Below are positions 1 through 9,887 of a DNA stretch of 64,000 bases, piece by piece; positions within the stretch are counted from its first letter, which is position 1, and each line of letters opens with the position of its first letter. The translations under genes and the position numbers were made by a program. The notes under the pieces were generated by a model, which was not told where the DNA came from, ran no database searches, and was given only the letters and a program-made list of their open reading frames with translations. The DNA is from an uncultured Candidatus Entotheonella sp. GTDB taxonomy: Bacteria > Tectomicrobia > Entotheonellia > Entotheonellales > Entotheonellaceae. Where the stretch lies: positions 3,840,001 to 3,904,000 of the forward strand of contig OZ244252.1 of the NCBI GenBank assembly GCA_965217185.1, in the 5' to 3' direction.

Positions 1-1
1 G

Positions 2-682
2 GAAATCTTCTACGGCAAGGGCACCTGCGCGCTGTGCCACACGATCGGCGAAAAGGGCGAGCGCTGCCCGAATCTCGCCGGTATCGGCGAGTTGGCCGAC
101 GCGCGGGTTCAGGAGGCCGGTTACCAAGGCGACGCGAGTAACGGCCCGGAATACGTGGTGGAGTCGCTGCACAACCCGGCGGTGTACGTGGTTGACGGCT
201 ACCAGCCCACCATGCCGTCTTTGGGACGCCAGTTGAACGATCTCGAAATCGTTGCCGTGGTTGCCTTTTTGCAGTCGCTCGGCGGTGAAGTGACGGTGAC
301 GGGCGAAACGCGATTCCCCAAATATCGCGGCGAGGGCGATGCGGCGATGGCCGCGGCGCCGGCCGCCGGGGCAGCTCCTGCCGACGTTGCGGCGTCGGGC
401 GGTACGGGCCCGGAACTGGCAGCGCAGTGGGGATGCATCGCCTGTCACAGCCTGGACGCGCCGGTTCGCTTGGTGGGCCCCAGCCTGTGGGACATCGGGG
501 CGCGTCAGGACGAGCATTTCATTCGTGAATCCATCCTCAAGCCAGACGCCGTGGTTGCGGAAGGCTTCCCGCCGAGTTTGATGCAATTGACGTTGAACGG
601 CACGGGCTTCTACCAAAAGCTTGCGCTGCAGGACCTCAACACGCTGGTGGATTACTTGGCATCACTCAAGGGCGGCCAGTAG
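2..682 (+). CDS. Diheme c-type cytochrome, 5'-truncated by the window edge
   Basis: Frame is open from nt 2 (EIFYGKGTCALCH...) into ORF 92..682; second motif CIACH; each heme domain is followed by ES(L/I)xxP...M. Confidence 0.85.
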   Translation, partial: EIFYGKGTCALCHTIGEKGERCPNLAGIGELADARVQEAGYQGDASNGPEYVVESLHNPAVYVVDGYQPTMPSLGRQLNDLEIVAVVAFLQSLGGEVTVTGETRFPKYRGEGDAAMAAAPAAGAAPADVAASGGTGPELAAQWGCIACHSLDAPVRLVGPSLWDIGARQDEHFIRESILKPDAVVAEGFPPSLMQLTLNGTGFYQKLALQDLNTLVDYLASLKGGQ

Positions 683-720
683 GCCCGGCGCCGGATTTCG
701 GTCCGGAATTGGAGTAACTC

Positions 721-1512
721 ATGAGACGCGGATTGTCTATTCATCTTAAATGTTTGCTCATCCTGCTTGCGGCGATTTTTGTTTTCAGCGTCGTGGTGCC
801 CTTCGTTTCCGCGCCGATCCCCGGGCAGCTCTATGGCTGGTACGTGATCACGACGCTGTCCGTGATTTTCCTCTACGTCTCGTCCAGCGAGGCGTCGTGG
901 GAGGAATTCATCACCCCGGTGCGGAACCTCCTGTTGGCGCGCACGGCTCTCATGAAGCCGTTGCGGATTGCCGTGTTCATCGTCGTGCCGCTGCTCTGCG
1001 GCTGGTATTTTTCCACCTGGGCGGCGGGCGGTTCCGCGCCGCCGGGCGGTTCGCGGGTCATTCACCCGACGCCTCCCTCATCGGTTAATGTCCAGGGCAA
1101 ACGGTTTGTGTTGCAGGATATTTCGGTCAGCCCCATTCGTGAGGACGAGGCGCATCTCGCCGAGCACATCGAGAAGGGGCGCGTCGTCTACTACGAAAAC
1201 TGTTTCTTCTGCCACGGTGACGCCCTGCAGGGCAAGGGGCACTTCGCCAAGGGGTTCAACCCGCCGCCGGCGGATTTTCAGGACACCGGGACGATTGCGC
1301 AGTTGTCGGAATCCTACCTGTTCTGGCGCATTGCCAAGGGCGGGCCGGGATTGCCGGGTGAATCGGCGCCGTGGGATTCGGCGATGCCGGTCTGGGAGGA
1401 CTTCCTCACGGAAGAGGAAATCTGGCAGGTCATTGCTTACTTGTATGACACCACAGGGCACGGGCCGCGCGTCATGGATCACGGCGGCGGTGAAGGTGGT
1501 GGGGGACACTAG
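721..1512 (+). CDS. Membrane-anchored monoheme cytochrome c
   Basis: About 3 N-terminal TM segments, CFFCH motif, distal SAMPVW Met. Confidence 0.85.
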   Translation: MRRGLSIHLKCLLILLAAIFVFSVVVPFVSAPIPGQLYGWYVITTLSVIFLYVSSSEASWEEFITPVRNLLLARTALMKPLRIAVFIVVPLLCGWYFSTWAAGGSAPPGGSRVIHPTPPSSVNVQGKRFVLQDISVSPIREDEAHLAEHIEKGRVVYYENCFFCHGDALQGKGHFAKGFNPPPADFQDTGTIAQLSESYLFWRIAKGGPGLPGESAPWDSAMPVWEDFLTEEEIWQVIAYLYDTTGHGPRVMDHGGGEGGGGH

Positions 1513-3153
1513 GTGCGAGGAGTGACGGTGAGCGAGCAACGGATAACACGGGGTCGGGGCGTAAGTGCACTGGCATGCTGCATCGGTGTAGGACTGTGGC
1601 TGTTTCTGTCGCTGCTAGGTGCCCCCCCTGTAAACGCCCAGCCTACGGAAGCGGACCTCGAAGCCGGTGAGCAGATTTACCTCCAGCGTTGCGCGCACTG
1701 CCACGGCGTGGAAGGCGACGGGGTGGGGGCTTCGACGGATGTCGTCTATCCCAAGCCGCGCGATTTCACTTCCGGCGTCTACAAGTTCCGCACCCGCCAT
1801 GAGAGCGAGGAGGGCAACTGGTTGGCCGCCGACTCCGATATCGCCCGCAGCATTCGCGAGGGGCTGCACGGCTCGTCCATGCCGGGCTGGGAAACGGTTT
1901 TGACTGCTCAGCAGATCGACCAGTTGGTGCATTACATCAAGACGTTCGCCGACGTGTTCGAGGAAGACACGCCGGGGCCGGAGCTCAGCTTCGCCAACGA
2001 GATTCCCTCGTCGCCGGAAAGCATTGCCAAGGGCAAGGAAGTTTTCGAGACCGTCTTTGAGTGCCACACCTGCCACGGAACGGACGGGCGCGGCAACGGC
2101 GAGGAGGCCCTCGCCGGCCTGGAAGATGACTGGGGCCATCGCACCTGGCCGGCTAATCTGACCAAGCCGTGGACGTACCGCGGCGGCAGCGGGCGGCGTG
2201 ACATCTTCCGTAACATTTCTCTGGGCATTGCGGGTACGCCCATGCCGCCTTTTGCCGATCCGGATCCGCTGGTCGAAGCCCGTGAGACCGACGACCCGGA
2301 AGAGAAGCAAGAGATCGAGGCGCTGGCGCGGGAGTTGCAAGAGAACGTCTGGCACACCGTGAACTATGTCCAATCGTTGTGGACCTATCCGCAGGAGCTC
2401 GAAGTCAAGGCGTCGTTGACTGCCAAGCGGGTCGACGGTGCGCTGCCCGAGAGCCCCGATGACGCGGCGTGGCAGGTGGCGGCCGTCAACTACTACCCGC
2501 TGGTCGGTCAGATCATCCAGGAGCCGCGGCTGTTTGCGCCGATGACCGTCGGCGTGGAAATCCAGGCGCTGCACAACGGCGAGGAAGTTGCCTTTCGCCT
2601 GGTATGGGACGACCGCACCGAGAGCGCGTCGGGCGAGAGCGAGGAGATGGAGACCTACGTGGACGCCGTCGCCCTGCAGTTCTCTTCCAAGCCGCTGTCC
2701 GGCATGGAGAAGCCGTATTTCCTCATGGGCGACGCGAGCTACCCGACCGACCTGTGGTATTGGCGCAGCGATCCGGGCGACGCGGTGCTGATCCAGACGC
2801 AGGGCGCCGGGACGTTCCAGGCCGGCGCCGGCGCCGCCGCCGGCGAGCTGGTCAGCCAGGGTCAGTTCGACAACGGGCAATACCGCGTGGTAATCAAGCG
2901 GGCTTTGCAGACGGAGCAAGCTGAAAGGGAAGTTCAGTTTCCGATTGGCGCCTTCATCCCGTTCAGCGTGACGGGGTGGGACGGCTCGAACGGCGAGTCC
3001 GGCGGCTACCAGCGAACGGTGATGGCCTGGTACAGCCTGTACCTGGAGCCGGAGCCCTCGAAGGCGCCCATCTATCTTTTGTTGGCCGGCATTGGCTTTG
3101 GATTGATCGTGGAATTCTCGGCGCTGTATGTGACGCGGAAAAATCACGGCTGA
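1513..3153 (+). CDS. Diheme cytochrome c fused to an ethylbenzene-dehydrogenase gamma-like (EB_dh/DOMON) heme-binding domain, with C-terminal TM anchor
   Basis: Signal peptide, CAHCH and CHTCH; C-terminal half has ALHNGEEVAFRLVWDD...DAVALQF...PYFLMGD; hydrophobic C-terminus. Start could be 1528. Confidence 0.8.
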   Translation: MRGVTVSEQRITRGRGVSALACCIGVGLWLFLSLLGAPPVNAQPTEADLEAGEQIYLQRCAHCHGVEGDGVGASTDVVYPKPRDFTSGVYKFRTRHESEEGNWLAADSDIARSIREGLHGSSMPGWETVLTAQQIDQLVHYIKTFADVFEEDTPGPELSFANEIPSSPESIAKGKEVFETVFECHTCHGTDGRGNGEEALAGLEDDWGHRTWPANLTKPWTYRGGSGRRDIFRNISLGIAGTPMPPFADPDPLVEARETDDPEEKQEIEALARELQENVWHTVNYVQSLWTYPQELEVKASLTAKRVDGALPESPDDAAWQVAAVNYYPLVGQIIQEPRLFAPMTVGVEIQALHNGEEVAFRLVWDDRTESASGESEEMETYVDAVALQFSSKPLSGMEKPYFLMGDASYPTDLWYWRSDPGDAVLIQTQGAGTFQAGAGAAAGELVSQGQFDNGQYRVVIKRALQTEQAEREVQFPIGAFIPFSVTGWDGSNGESGGYQRTVMAWYSLYLEPEPSKAPIYLLLAGIGFGLIVEFSALYVTRKNHG

Positions 3154-3179
3154 CCCTGTGAGACACCGGAGGGAAATGG

Positions 3180-3980
3180 ATGCTTGAGCAGCTTATCGAT
3201 CTTATGAACCGGCTGAACGTCAACATGCTGACTTGGCTGCCGGAGGCCGCCTCGACGTACGCGCAGGCAATCGACGAGGTTTTCTACATTATCTATATCA
3301 TCACCGGGTTGGCGTTTCTGCTGGTGACGGTGTTGATGTTCTGGTTTCTCCTCCAGTTCAGAGCCAGACCCGGCCGCCGGGCGCGCTATTCGCACGGCAA
3401 CGTGGCTCTGGAGTTGATATGGACCATCGTCCCAACCATCGTGTTTCTGGGCATCTTCTTCTATAGCCAGTCCACTTGGTCCATCATCAAATATCCTTCC
3501 GAATTCCCCGAAAGCAGCGTACAAGTACGGGTCGTAGCCAAGCAGTTTGCCTGGGAGTTTCATTACCCCGGTCCTGACGGCGAGTTCGACACCGATGACG
3601 ACAAAATGTTCGACGGCGACATGTACGTGCCGGTGAACCAGGTCGTGGGGCTGACGCTGCGCGGCTCGGACGTGATTCATAGCTTTTTCGTGCCGCAGTT
3701 TCGCCTGAAGCAGGATATATTGCCGCGTCGTGACATCCCGGCGTGGTTCAACGCCACCAAGACCGGGCGGTTCGAAGCGCCTTGCGCCGAGTTGTGCGGT
3801 CCGGGGCATTCCGGCATGAAGGGCTGGGTGAACGTCTACGACGATGCCGAGTATCAGGCCTGGGTTGCCGAACAGTGGCCGCCGGCGCCTGCAGAGGCTC
3901 CCGTGGATGCCGGCGCAGGGGAAATGGGCCAGGAGGACGTGCCGCAGGGCGTTGTGCCGCCGCAGGGTGACGTGGACTAA
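3180..3980 (+). CDS. coxB: Cytochrome c oxidase subunit II
   Basis: Two TM helices, DVIHSFFVP, CuA motif CAELCGPGHSGM; no C-terminal heme c domain. Confidence 0.95.
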   Translation: MLEQLIDLMNRLNVNMLTWLPEAASTYAQAIDEVFYIIYIITGLAFLLVTVLMFWFLLQFRARPGRRARYSHGNVALELIWTIVPTIVFLGIFFYSQSTWSIIKYPSEFPESSVQVRVVAKQFAWEFHYPGPDGEFDTDDDKMFDGDMYVPVNQVVGLTLRGSDVIHSFFVPQFRLKQDILPRRDIPAWFNATKTGRFEAPCAELCGPGHSGMKGWVNVYDDAEYQAWVAEQWPPAPAEAPVDAGAGEMGQEDVPQGVVPPQGDVD

Positions 3981-4052
3981 ATGGACCAAGGGGACAGTGG
4001 CCAGGCCGATACCGCGCAATAGCGTTTTTCGCACTTGTTGAAGGGGAGAGTC

Positions 4053-5837
4053 ATGAGTGAATCCAGCGCCGCCACGCACGCCGGGCATCACCGAGAGGGT
4101 TTTGTAAGCCATTATTTGTTCTCGTTCGATCACAAGATGATTGGCCGTCAGTTTCTCTTCACCGGCCTGTTCATGCTGGTTATCGGCGGCCTGTTGGCCA
4201 TGATGGTCCGCTGGCAGCTTGGCTACCCGGAAGAGCCGCTGCCCTTCATGGGCGGTTTTTCCGAGGACTTCTGGGATGGCGAGTCGTGGTGGGCGCAGAC
4301 GGCTTCCTTCGGGATTGTGACGTCCGAGTTCTACAACACGTTGTTCACCATGCACGCCACCATCATGATCTTCTTCGTGGTCATGCCGATCATGATCGGC
4401 GGTTTCGGCAACTTCCTGGTTCCCATTTGCATCGGCGCCAAGGACATGGCGTTCCCGACGCTGAACATGCTGTCATACTGGACCTTCGTGCCCGGCGCGC
4501 TGCTGATGCTGCTGTCGTTCTTCGTTCCCGGCGGTGCGGCGGGCGGCGGCTGGACCAATTACGCCCCCCTGTCGGCGGTGCCGGATTACGCCGGCGTTGA
4601 GGGGCATTGGGGCGTCACGCTATGGTGCATCAGCCTGTTCATCATCGGTTTCTCCTCCCTGATGGGCTCCATCAATTACATCACCACCATCATCAACATG
4701 CGGGCGCCGGGCATGCGCCTGTTCCGCATGCCGCTGACCATCTGGTCCCTGTTCATCGTCGCCATTCTGCTGCTGCTGGCCCTGCCGGTGCTGACCTCAG
4801 CCCTGGCCATGATGATCTTCGACCGTATGTTCGGCACCCACTTCTTCATTCCCGACGGCGGCGGCGAGCCATTGTTGTGGCAACACCTGTTCTGGTTCTT
4901 CGGTCACCCCGAGGTGTACGTCCTGGTGCTGCCGGCCATGGGCGTGACCTCCGACGTGCTGTCCACCTTCGCCCGCAAGCCGATCTTCGGCTACCGCGCC
5001 ATGGTCTACTCGATGTGCGCCATCGCCTTTTTGTCGTGGGTCGTCTGGGGCCATCACATGTTCCAGAGCGGCATGGACCCGGTGCTCGGCACGGCCTTCA
5101 CGCTGACCACCATGCTGATCGCGGTGCCGTCGGCAATCAAGACGTTCAACTGGCTCGGCACCCTGTGGGGCAGTTCCATCCGGTTCACCACGGCCATGTG
5201 GTTCGCCCTCGGGTTCGTATCACTGTTCACCATCGGCGGCCTCAGCGGCATCTTCATGGCGTCGACGCCGGTGGACATTTTCATCCACGATACCTACTAC
5301 ATCGTGGCCCACATTCACTACGTGGTGGCGGGGATCATTTTCGGCATCTTCGCCGGGTTGTACTTCTGGTTTCCGAAAATGTTCGGACGCATGATGAGCG
5401 AAACCCTGGGCAAGCTGCACTTCCTGCTCACCTTCGTGTTTTTCAACCTCACCTTCTTCCCCATGCACTTTCTCGGTGTCGGCGGCCACATGCGGCGTAT
5501 TTACAATCCGACGCAGTATGAATTTTTGCAGCCGTGGCAGGAGATGAACACCTTCATCACGATGATGGCGTTTTGCCTCGGCGCCTCGCAGATTTTCTTC
5601 GTCATCAACTTTATTGGCTCCTTGTTCTGGGGCCGGCGCGCTGAAGCCAACCCCTGGGAGGCCAACACGTTGGAGTGGGATGCGCCCTCGCCGCCACCGC
5701 ACGGCAATTTCATCGAGGACCCGGTGGTTTACCGCGGCGCCTACGAATACAGCTCGCCTGAGGTCGAGGAAGATTGGTTGCCGCAGAGCGTGTATCTGGA
5801 GACGGCGGTGGCCGGGCCGGAGGAGGGTCACGATTAG
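4053..5837 (+). CDS. coxA: Cytochrome c oxidase subunit I, A1 type
   Basis: DHKMIG, DMAFP (D-channel), WFFGHPEVY, VWGHHM, AHIHY; ATG at 4053 follows GGGGAG. Confidence 0.97.
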   Translation: MSESSAATHAGHHREGFVSHYLFSFDHKMIGRQFLFTGLFMLVIGGLLAMMVRWQLGYPEEPLPFMGGFSEDFWDGESWWAQTASFGIVTSEFYNTLFTMHATIMIFFVVMPIMIGGFGNFLVPICIGAKDMAFPTLNMLSYWTFVPGALLMLLSFFVPGGAAGGGWTNYAPLSAVPDYAGVEGHWGVTLWCISLFIIGFSSLMGSINYITTIINMRAPGMRLFRMPLTIWSLFIVAILLLLALPVLTSALAMMIFDRMFGTHFFIPDGGGEPLLWQHLFWFFGHPEVYVLVLPAMGVTSDVLSTFARKPIFGYRAMVYSMCAIAFLSWVVWGHHMFQSGMDPVLGTAFTLTTMLIAVPSAIKTFNWLGTLWGSSIRFTTAMWFALGFVSLFTIGGLSGIFMASTPVDIFIHDTYYIVAHIHYVVAGIIFGIFAGLYFWFPKMFGRMMSETLGKLHFLLTFVFFNLTFFPMHFLGVGGHMRRIYNPTQYEFLQPWQEMNTFITMMAFCLGASQIFFVINFIGSLFWGRRAEANPWEANTLEWDAPSPPPHGNFIEDPVVYRGAYEYSSPEVEEDWLPQSVYLETAVAGPEEGHD

Positions 5838-6796
5838 TGTCTTTGTCGCCGACGCCGCTATGGGTGCACCGCTTGGCGGTAGCACTTATGGTCGCCACGC
5901 TGCTGCTGATTGCCATCGGTGCCTCCGTTACCAGCACAGGCTCCGGGCTGGCGGTGCCCGATTGGCCGTTGTCCTTCGGACAGGTGTTCCCGCCGATGGT
6001 GGGCGGCGTGCTGTACGAGCACAGCCATCGCATGGCGGCGGCCGTTGTCGGCATGCTGACGGTCACCTTGATGGTCGTGATGACCCGCTGGGAATCGCGG
6101 GCGTGGGTGCAATGGATATCCCGCACTGCAGTGCTGGCGGTGGTGTTGCAGGGGTTGCTCGGCGGCATCACGGTGCTGTGGCTCTTGCCGACGGCGGTAT
6201 CGGTCAGCCACGCGTGTCTGGCGCAGGCGTTTCTCTGCCTGACCGTCACGCTTGCGGTGTGCACGGGCCCGAGTTGGCAACAACGGCGGGCCAGCCGGGA
6301 GGAAGACTCGCAGCCGCGTCTGGTTGTGCTGGCGGGCGTCACCACGGGGATGATTTACGTGCAACTTATTCTAGGCGCTCTCATGCGGCACACCGGCGCC
6401 GGCTTGGCGATTCCCGATTTTCCGCTCGCTTTTGGCGGCTTGGTGCCGCCCTTGGACTCGCCGGCGGTACTCATCCATTTCCTGCATCGCGTCGGCGCGT
6501 TGGCGGTGACGCTGTGCATCGCCTGGACCGTCTCGCGGGTCATTCGCCGGCACGCTGGCGAACGGCAATTGCTGCGGCCTGCGCTGACGTTGAGCGGTTT
6601 GCTGCTGGTGCAGCTTACGCTGGGAGCGCTGACCATCTGGACGCGCCGGGCGGTTCTGCCGGTAACCGCGCACGTGGCGGTGGGCGCCGCGGTTCTGGCG
6701 ACAAGTCTGTTTCTCACCCTGCGAAGTGTGCACTTGCTGAATCTTCGTTTCGGGGCTCAAGAGCGGCATTTCTTGACTGAGCAGGTATCGGCATGA
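5837..6796 (+). CDS. ctaA: Heme A synthase (COX15/CtaA family)
   Basis: GSGLAVPDWP, YEHSHR, HFLHR motifs; GTG start overlaps the coxA stop (TAGTG). Confidence 0.9.
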   Translation: MSLSPTPLWVHRLAVALMVATLLLIAIGASVTSTGSGLAVPDWPLSFGQVFPPMVGGVLYEHSHRMAAAVVGMLTVTLMVVMTRWESRAWVQWISRTAVLAVVLQGLLGGITVLWLLPTAVSVSHACLAQAFLCLTVTLAVCTGPSWQQRRASREEDSQPRLVVLAGVTTGMIYVQLILGALMRHTGAGLAIPDFPLAFGGLVPPLDSPAVLIHFLHRVGALAVTLCIAWTVSRVIRRHAGERQLLRPALTLSGLLLVQLTLGALTIWTRRAVLPVTAHVAVGAAVLATSLFLTLRSVHLLNLRFGAQERHFLTEQVSA

Positions 6797-7704
6797 CAGG
6801 ACTGCAACTGGCCACACCGCGCGTTGAAAGCACGCCCCTCGTCCACAAGGTGCGCGACTATCTGGTGCTCGCCAAGCCGCGCGTCGTGGTCATGGTGATG
6901 GCGGTGACGGCAGTGGGCTATTACCTGGGGCTGCTTGGCGCCCCGGACTGGCTGCGCCTGCTGCACCTCATGCTGGGAACGGCCTTGGCGGCGGGCGGCA
7001 CCCTGGCCCTGAACGCCTATGTCGAGCGCACCGAGGACGCCTTGATGAATCGCACGGAATTGCGGCCCCTGCCGGACGGTCGGCTGGAACCGGGCTCTGC
7101 CCTGCGCTTTGGCCTTGCCGCCGTCCTGGGCGGTTGCGCCTATCTGTTGATCATGGTGCACCCACTTTGTGCCGCTCTCATCGCGCTTACCACTCTGATC
7201 TACCTGTTCGGCTACACGCCGCTCAAACGCAAGACCTCCCTCTGTACGCTCGTCGGCGCCATTCCCGGCGCCTTGCCGCCCGTGGTCGGATGGGCCGCGG
7301 CGCGCGGTACGCTGGTGGGCGAGGTCTGGATCCTGTTCGCCATCCTGTTTCTGTGGCAACTGCCCCATTCGCTGGCCATTGCCTGGTTGTACCGTGAGGA
7401 CTACACGCGCGCAGGGTTCCGTCTCCTGCCGGTGATTCACCCGGACGGCCGCAGCACGGGGCGCCACATCGTCATCAATAATCTGGCCCTCCTGGCCGTC
7501 GGCCTGCTGCCGACTCTGGTCGGCCTCGCCGGCACCGTTTACTTTGTCGCCGCCTTTGTCCTGGGTTTGGTTTTTCTGGGATTCGGTCTCGAGTTGGCGT
7601 TCGTTCGGACCACCGCCGCGGCGCGGCGCCTATTGCTGGCCTCGTTGGTGTATCTACCGGTGATGTTCTTGTTCATGGCACTCGATAAAGTGCCGCAGTT
7701 TTAG
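6793..7704 (+). CDS. ctaB: Heme O synthase (protoheme IX farnesyltransferase)
   Basis: LAKPRV, DALMNRTELRPLPDG, YTPLKRKT, WQLPHS, REDY motifs. Confidence 0.95.
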   Translation: MTGLQLATPRVESTPLVHKVRDYLVLAKPRVVVMVMAVTAVGYYLGLLGAPDWLRLLHLMLGTALAAGGTLALNAYVERTEDALMNRTELRPLPDGRLEPGSALRFGLAAVLGGCAYLLIMVHPLCAALIALTTLIYLFGYTPLKRKTSLCTLVGAIPGALPPVVGWAAARGTLVGEVWILFAILFLWQLPHSLAIAWLYREDYTRAGFRLLPVIHPDGRSTGRHIVINNLALLAVGLLPTLVGLAGTVYFVAAFVLGLVFLGFGLELAFVRTTAAARRLLLASLVYLPVMFLFMALDKVPQF

Positions 7705-7715
7705 CAGGTAGCGAG

Positions 7716-7823
7716 ATGGCTTCCGACACGAAACGGCAACAGAATCGCTGGACGGCGGGTGCCTTGGTGCTGCTCCTGCTGGTGCTGTTTGGGGTGGCTT
7801 TCAGCCTGATGCTGTCGCGTTGA
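7716..7823 (+). CDS. 35-aa single-TM protein, absent from the ORF track
   Basis: ATG 7716 to TGA 7823: MASDTKRQQNRWTAGALVLLLLVLFGVAFSLMLSR; fills the ctaB-subunit III gap. Confidence 0.65.
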   Translation: MASDTKRQQNRWTAGALVLLLLVLFGVAFSLMLSR

Positions 7824-7858
7824 TGTAAAGGGTGTTCATCGTGTCCGAAGGGGGAACG

Positions 7859-8566
7859 ATGGCCGAAGACATGTCCGCAACCGCCACGCTGGAGCCTGCG
7901 CTCGAAGAGCTTGAATCGGAAGTTCGCCCGCAGGGGCCGCCGCCGTTCTTTCCTGAGCCGCCCGGCGGCTCGGGGGGTGATGGCCGGTTTGGCGATGACG
8001 ACGATCACGCCGGTCCGCCGTTAAGCAATGCCTACCTGGGGCTGCTGATCTTCCTGGGCGCCGAGACGATGTTCTTTGCCGGGCTGATTGGCTCGTTCCT
8101 GGTGTTCCGGGTGGCTCACGAGGTGTGGCCGCCGGCAATGCTGCCGCGTTTGCCGGTGGGGGTTACGGGTATCAACACGCTGATTCTGCTGGCCAGCGTC
8201 CTGACGATGCGGCGGGCGAAAATCGCAATCCGCAGCGGTGGACAGCGCGAGTTGGTCCGCATGCTCTTGGTCACCGCGGTGCTGGGCATCACGTTTCTCC
8301 TCGTGCAGGGATACGAGTGGCTCCGGCTACTGCAGTACGGGTTGACCTTGGCGTCGGGCGTTTACGGCGCCACGTTTTACGTTCTGGTCGGGTGCCATGC
8401 CGTGCACGTGCTCGGCGCCGTCATCTGGCTGCTGAGCGTATTGTGGTGGGCCGCGCGGCGCCGTTACACGGCCAGGGGTTATACGGGTGTGGCGCTGTGC
8501 GCCATGTACTGGTATTACGTGGTGGCGTTATGGCCCATTCTTTACGGACTGGTTTACCTGTATTGA
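7859..8566 (+). CDS. ctaE: Cytochrome c oxidase subunit III-like protein (copy 1)
   Basis: FLGAETMFFAGL, NTLILLASV, QGYEW, GCHAVHV, YWYYV. Confidence 0.9.
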   Translation: MAEDMSATATLEPALEELESEVRPQGPPPFFPEPPGGSGGDGRFGDDDDHAGPPLSNAYLGLLIFLGAETMFFAGLIGSFLVFRVAHEVWPPAMLPRLPVGVTGINTLILLASVLTMRRAKIAIRSGGQRELVRMLLVTAVLGITFLLVQGYEWLRLLQYGLTLASGVYGATFYVLVGCHAVHVLGAVIWLLSVLWWAARRRYTARGYTGVALCAMYWYYVVALWPILYGLVYLY

Positions 8567-8620
8567 TTGCAACGGTGGCGCTGGGGCCACCTGACATTCT
8601 CAGGGTAGGGAGATAGAAAA

Positions 8621-8896
8621 TTGCAGATGCGCCGGCCAGTCCAACGGGTTGTCGCGGCGATTGGGTTTGTGGCGGGATTGCTGCCGGCCGTGTCGCACGC
8701 CTGCAGCGTTTGCTGGGGAGCGGATGACGCCCTCGCGCACGGCCTGAACGTCAGCATTCTTTTTTTGATGTCGATGCCTTTCTTGATTGGCGGGTCGATT
8801 GTGGGCGTTCTGTTCGTCGCCCAGCGACAGCATAAGGGCCGGCGTCGGTCGATATTCGGAAGCCTCATCCCGATGCAGAAGGAGCGTATAAAGTGA
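8621..8896 (+). CDS. Small exported/membrane protein with CxxC after the signal peptide
   Basis: VSHA-CSVC followed by one TM helix; coupled to the next gene (GTGA). Confidence 0.7.
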   Translation: MQMRRPVQRVVAAIGFVAGLLPAVSHACSVCWGADDALAHGLNVSILFLMSMPFLIGGSIVGVLFVAQRQHKGRRRSIFGSLIPMQKERIK

Positions 8897-9504
8897 GTGA
8901 AGCGGTTGCGATGCATAACGAGTCTTATGAAACGCCTCTGACTCCCGAAAGTTGGGGCAAGCTCGGGATGTGGGTTTTTCTGGTTGGCGACGCGATGTCA
9001 TTCGGGACGCTGCTGGCGGCTTACGGTGCCATGCGCTACAGCAGTGGCGACTGGCCCATTCCGGCTGACGTTCTCGGCGTCACCTTGTCGGGTTTCATGA
9101 CCTTTCTGTTGATCTGCACCAGCGTGACGATGGTGAAGGGGTTGGAGGCAGCGCAGAAAAACGATCTCGACGGCTTCCTGCGTCACATCGGCCTCACCAT
9201 CCTGGGCGGCGCGGTCTTCCTGGGTTTGCAGGCTTATGAGTGGTCGCACTTCATCCACGGCGGCTTGGGATTTGTCGGCAATTCCTGGGGCTCGCCGCTG
9301 TTTGGCACCACGTTTTACGTCATCACGGGCTTCCACGGCATGCACGTGACCGGCGGTGTCATCTATCTGGCGTGCATCTGGTTCAAGGGCCGCAACGGCG
9401 CCTATTGCGGCGAAAATGCTTCACACGTCGAGATTGCCGGGCTGTACTGGCACTTTGTGGATTTGGTGTGGATCATGGTTTTTACCTTCATATACCTGTT
9501 GTAG
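8893..9504 (+). CDS. ctaE: Cytochrome c oxidase subunit III-like protein (copy 2)
   Basis: GKLGMWVFL, TGFHGMHV, GLYWHFVDLVW. Confidence 0.92.
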   Translation: MSEAVAMHNESYETPLTPESWGKLGMWVFLVGDAMSFGTLLAAYGAMRYSSGDWPIPADVLGVTLSGFMTFLLICTSVTMVKGLEAAQKNDLDGFLRHIGLTILGGAVFLGLQAYEWSHFIHGGLGFVGNSWGSPLFGTTFYVITGFHGMHVTGGVIYLACIWFKGRNGAYCGENASHVEIAGLYWHFVDLVWIMVFTFIYLL

Positions 9505-9526
9505 AACGGAGGAGGAGAGCAACAGC

Positions 9527-9850
9527 ATGGCCGAGCACCATCGGGCAACTAACTACTGGGCGGTGTGGGTATGGTTAGCCGCTCTCACCGTTCTTGAAAT
9601 CGGCGTTACGCTGATTCCGGAACTCGCGACGCTTTACAAAGCCATTCTGCTGGTCGCCCTGGCGGTGGGCAAAGCGTTGTTGGTGGCGCTGTACTTCATG
9701 CACCTACGCTTTGAAACGCGTACCCTGGGGGCCATCGTGTTGACCCCCTTTGTGATCTGTGTGTTTCTCGTTTTTATGCTGATGCCCGATGTCGGTTTCG
9801 TGCCGCGCGAGTCGCCCATACGGGCGGAGCACGTGGAATCGGATCATTGA
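9527..9850 (+). CDS. Cytochrome c oxidase subunit IV (COX4_pro family)
   Basis: ATG 9527 after GGAGGAGG; KALLVALYFMHLRFE motif. Confidence 0.88.
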   Translation: MAEHHRATNYWAVWVWLAALTVLEIGVTLIPELATLYKAILLVALAVGKALLVALYFMHLRFETRTLGAIVLTPFVICVFLVFMLMPDVGFVPRESPIRAEHVESDH

Positions 9851-9887
9851 TGCCCTGGGACGACGGCATTGAGCCCGGGCGGGAAAG

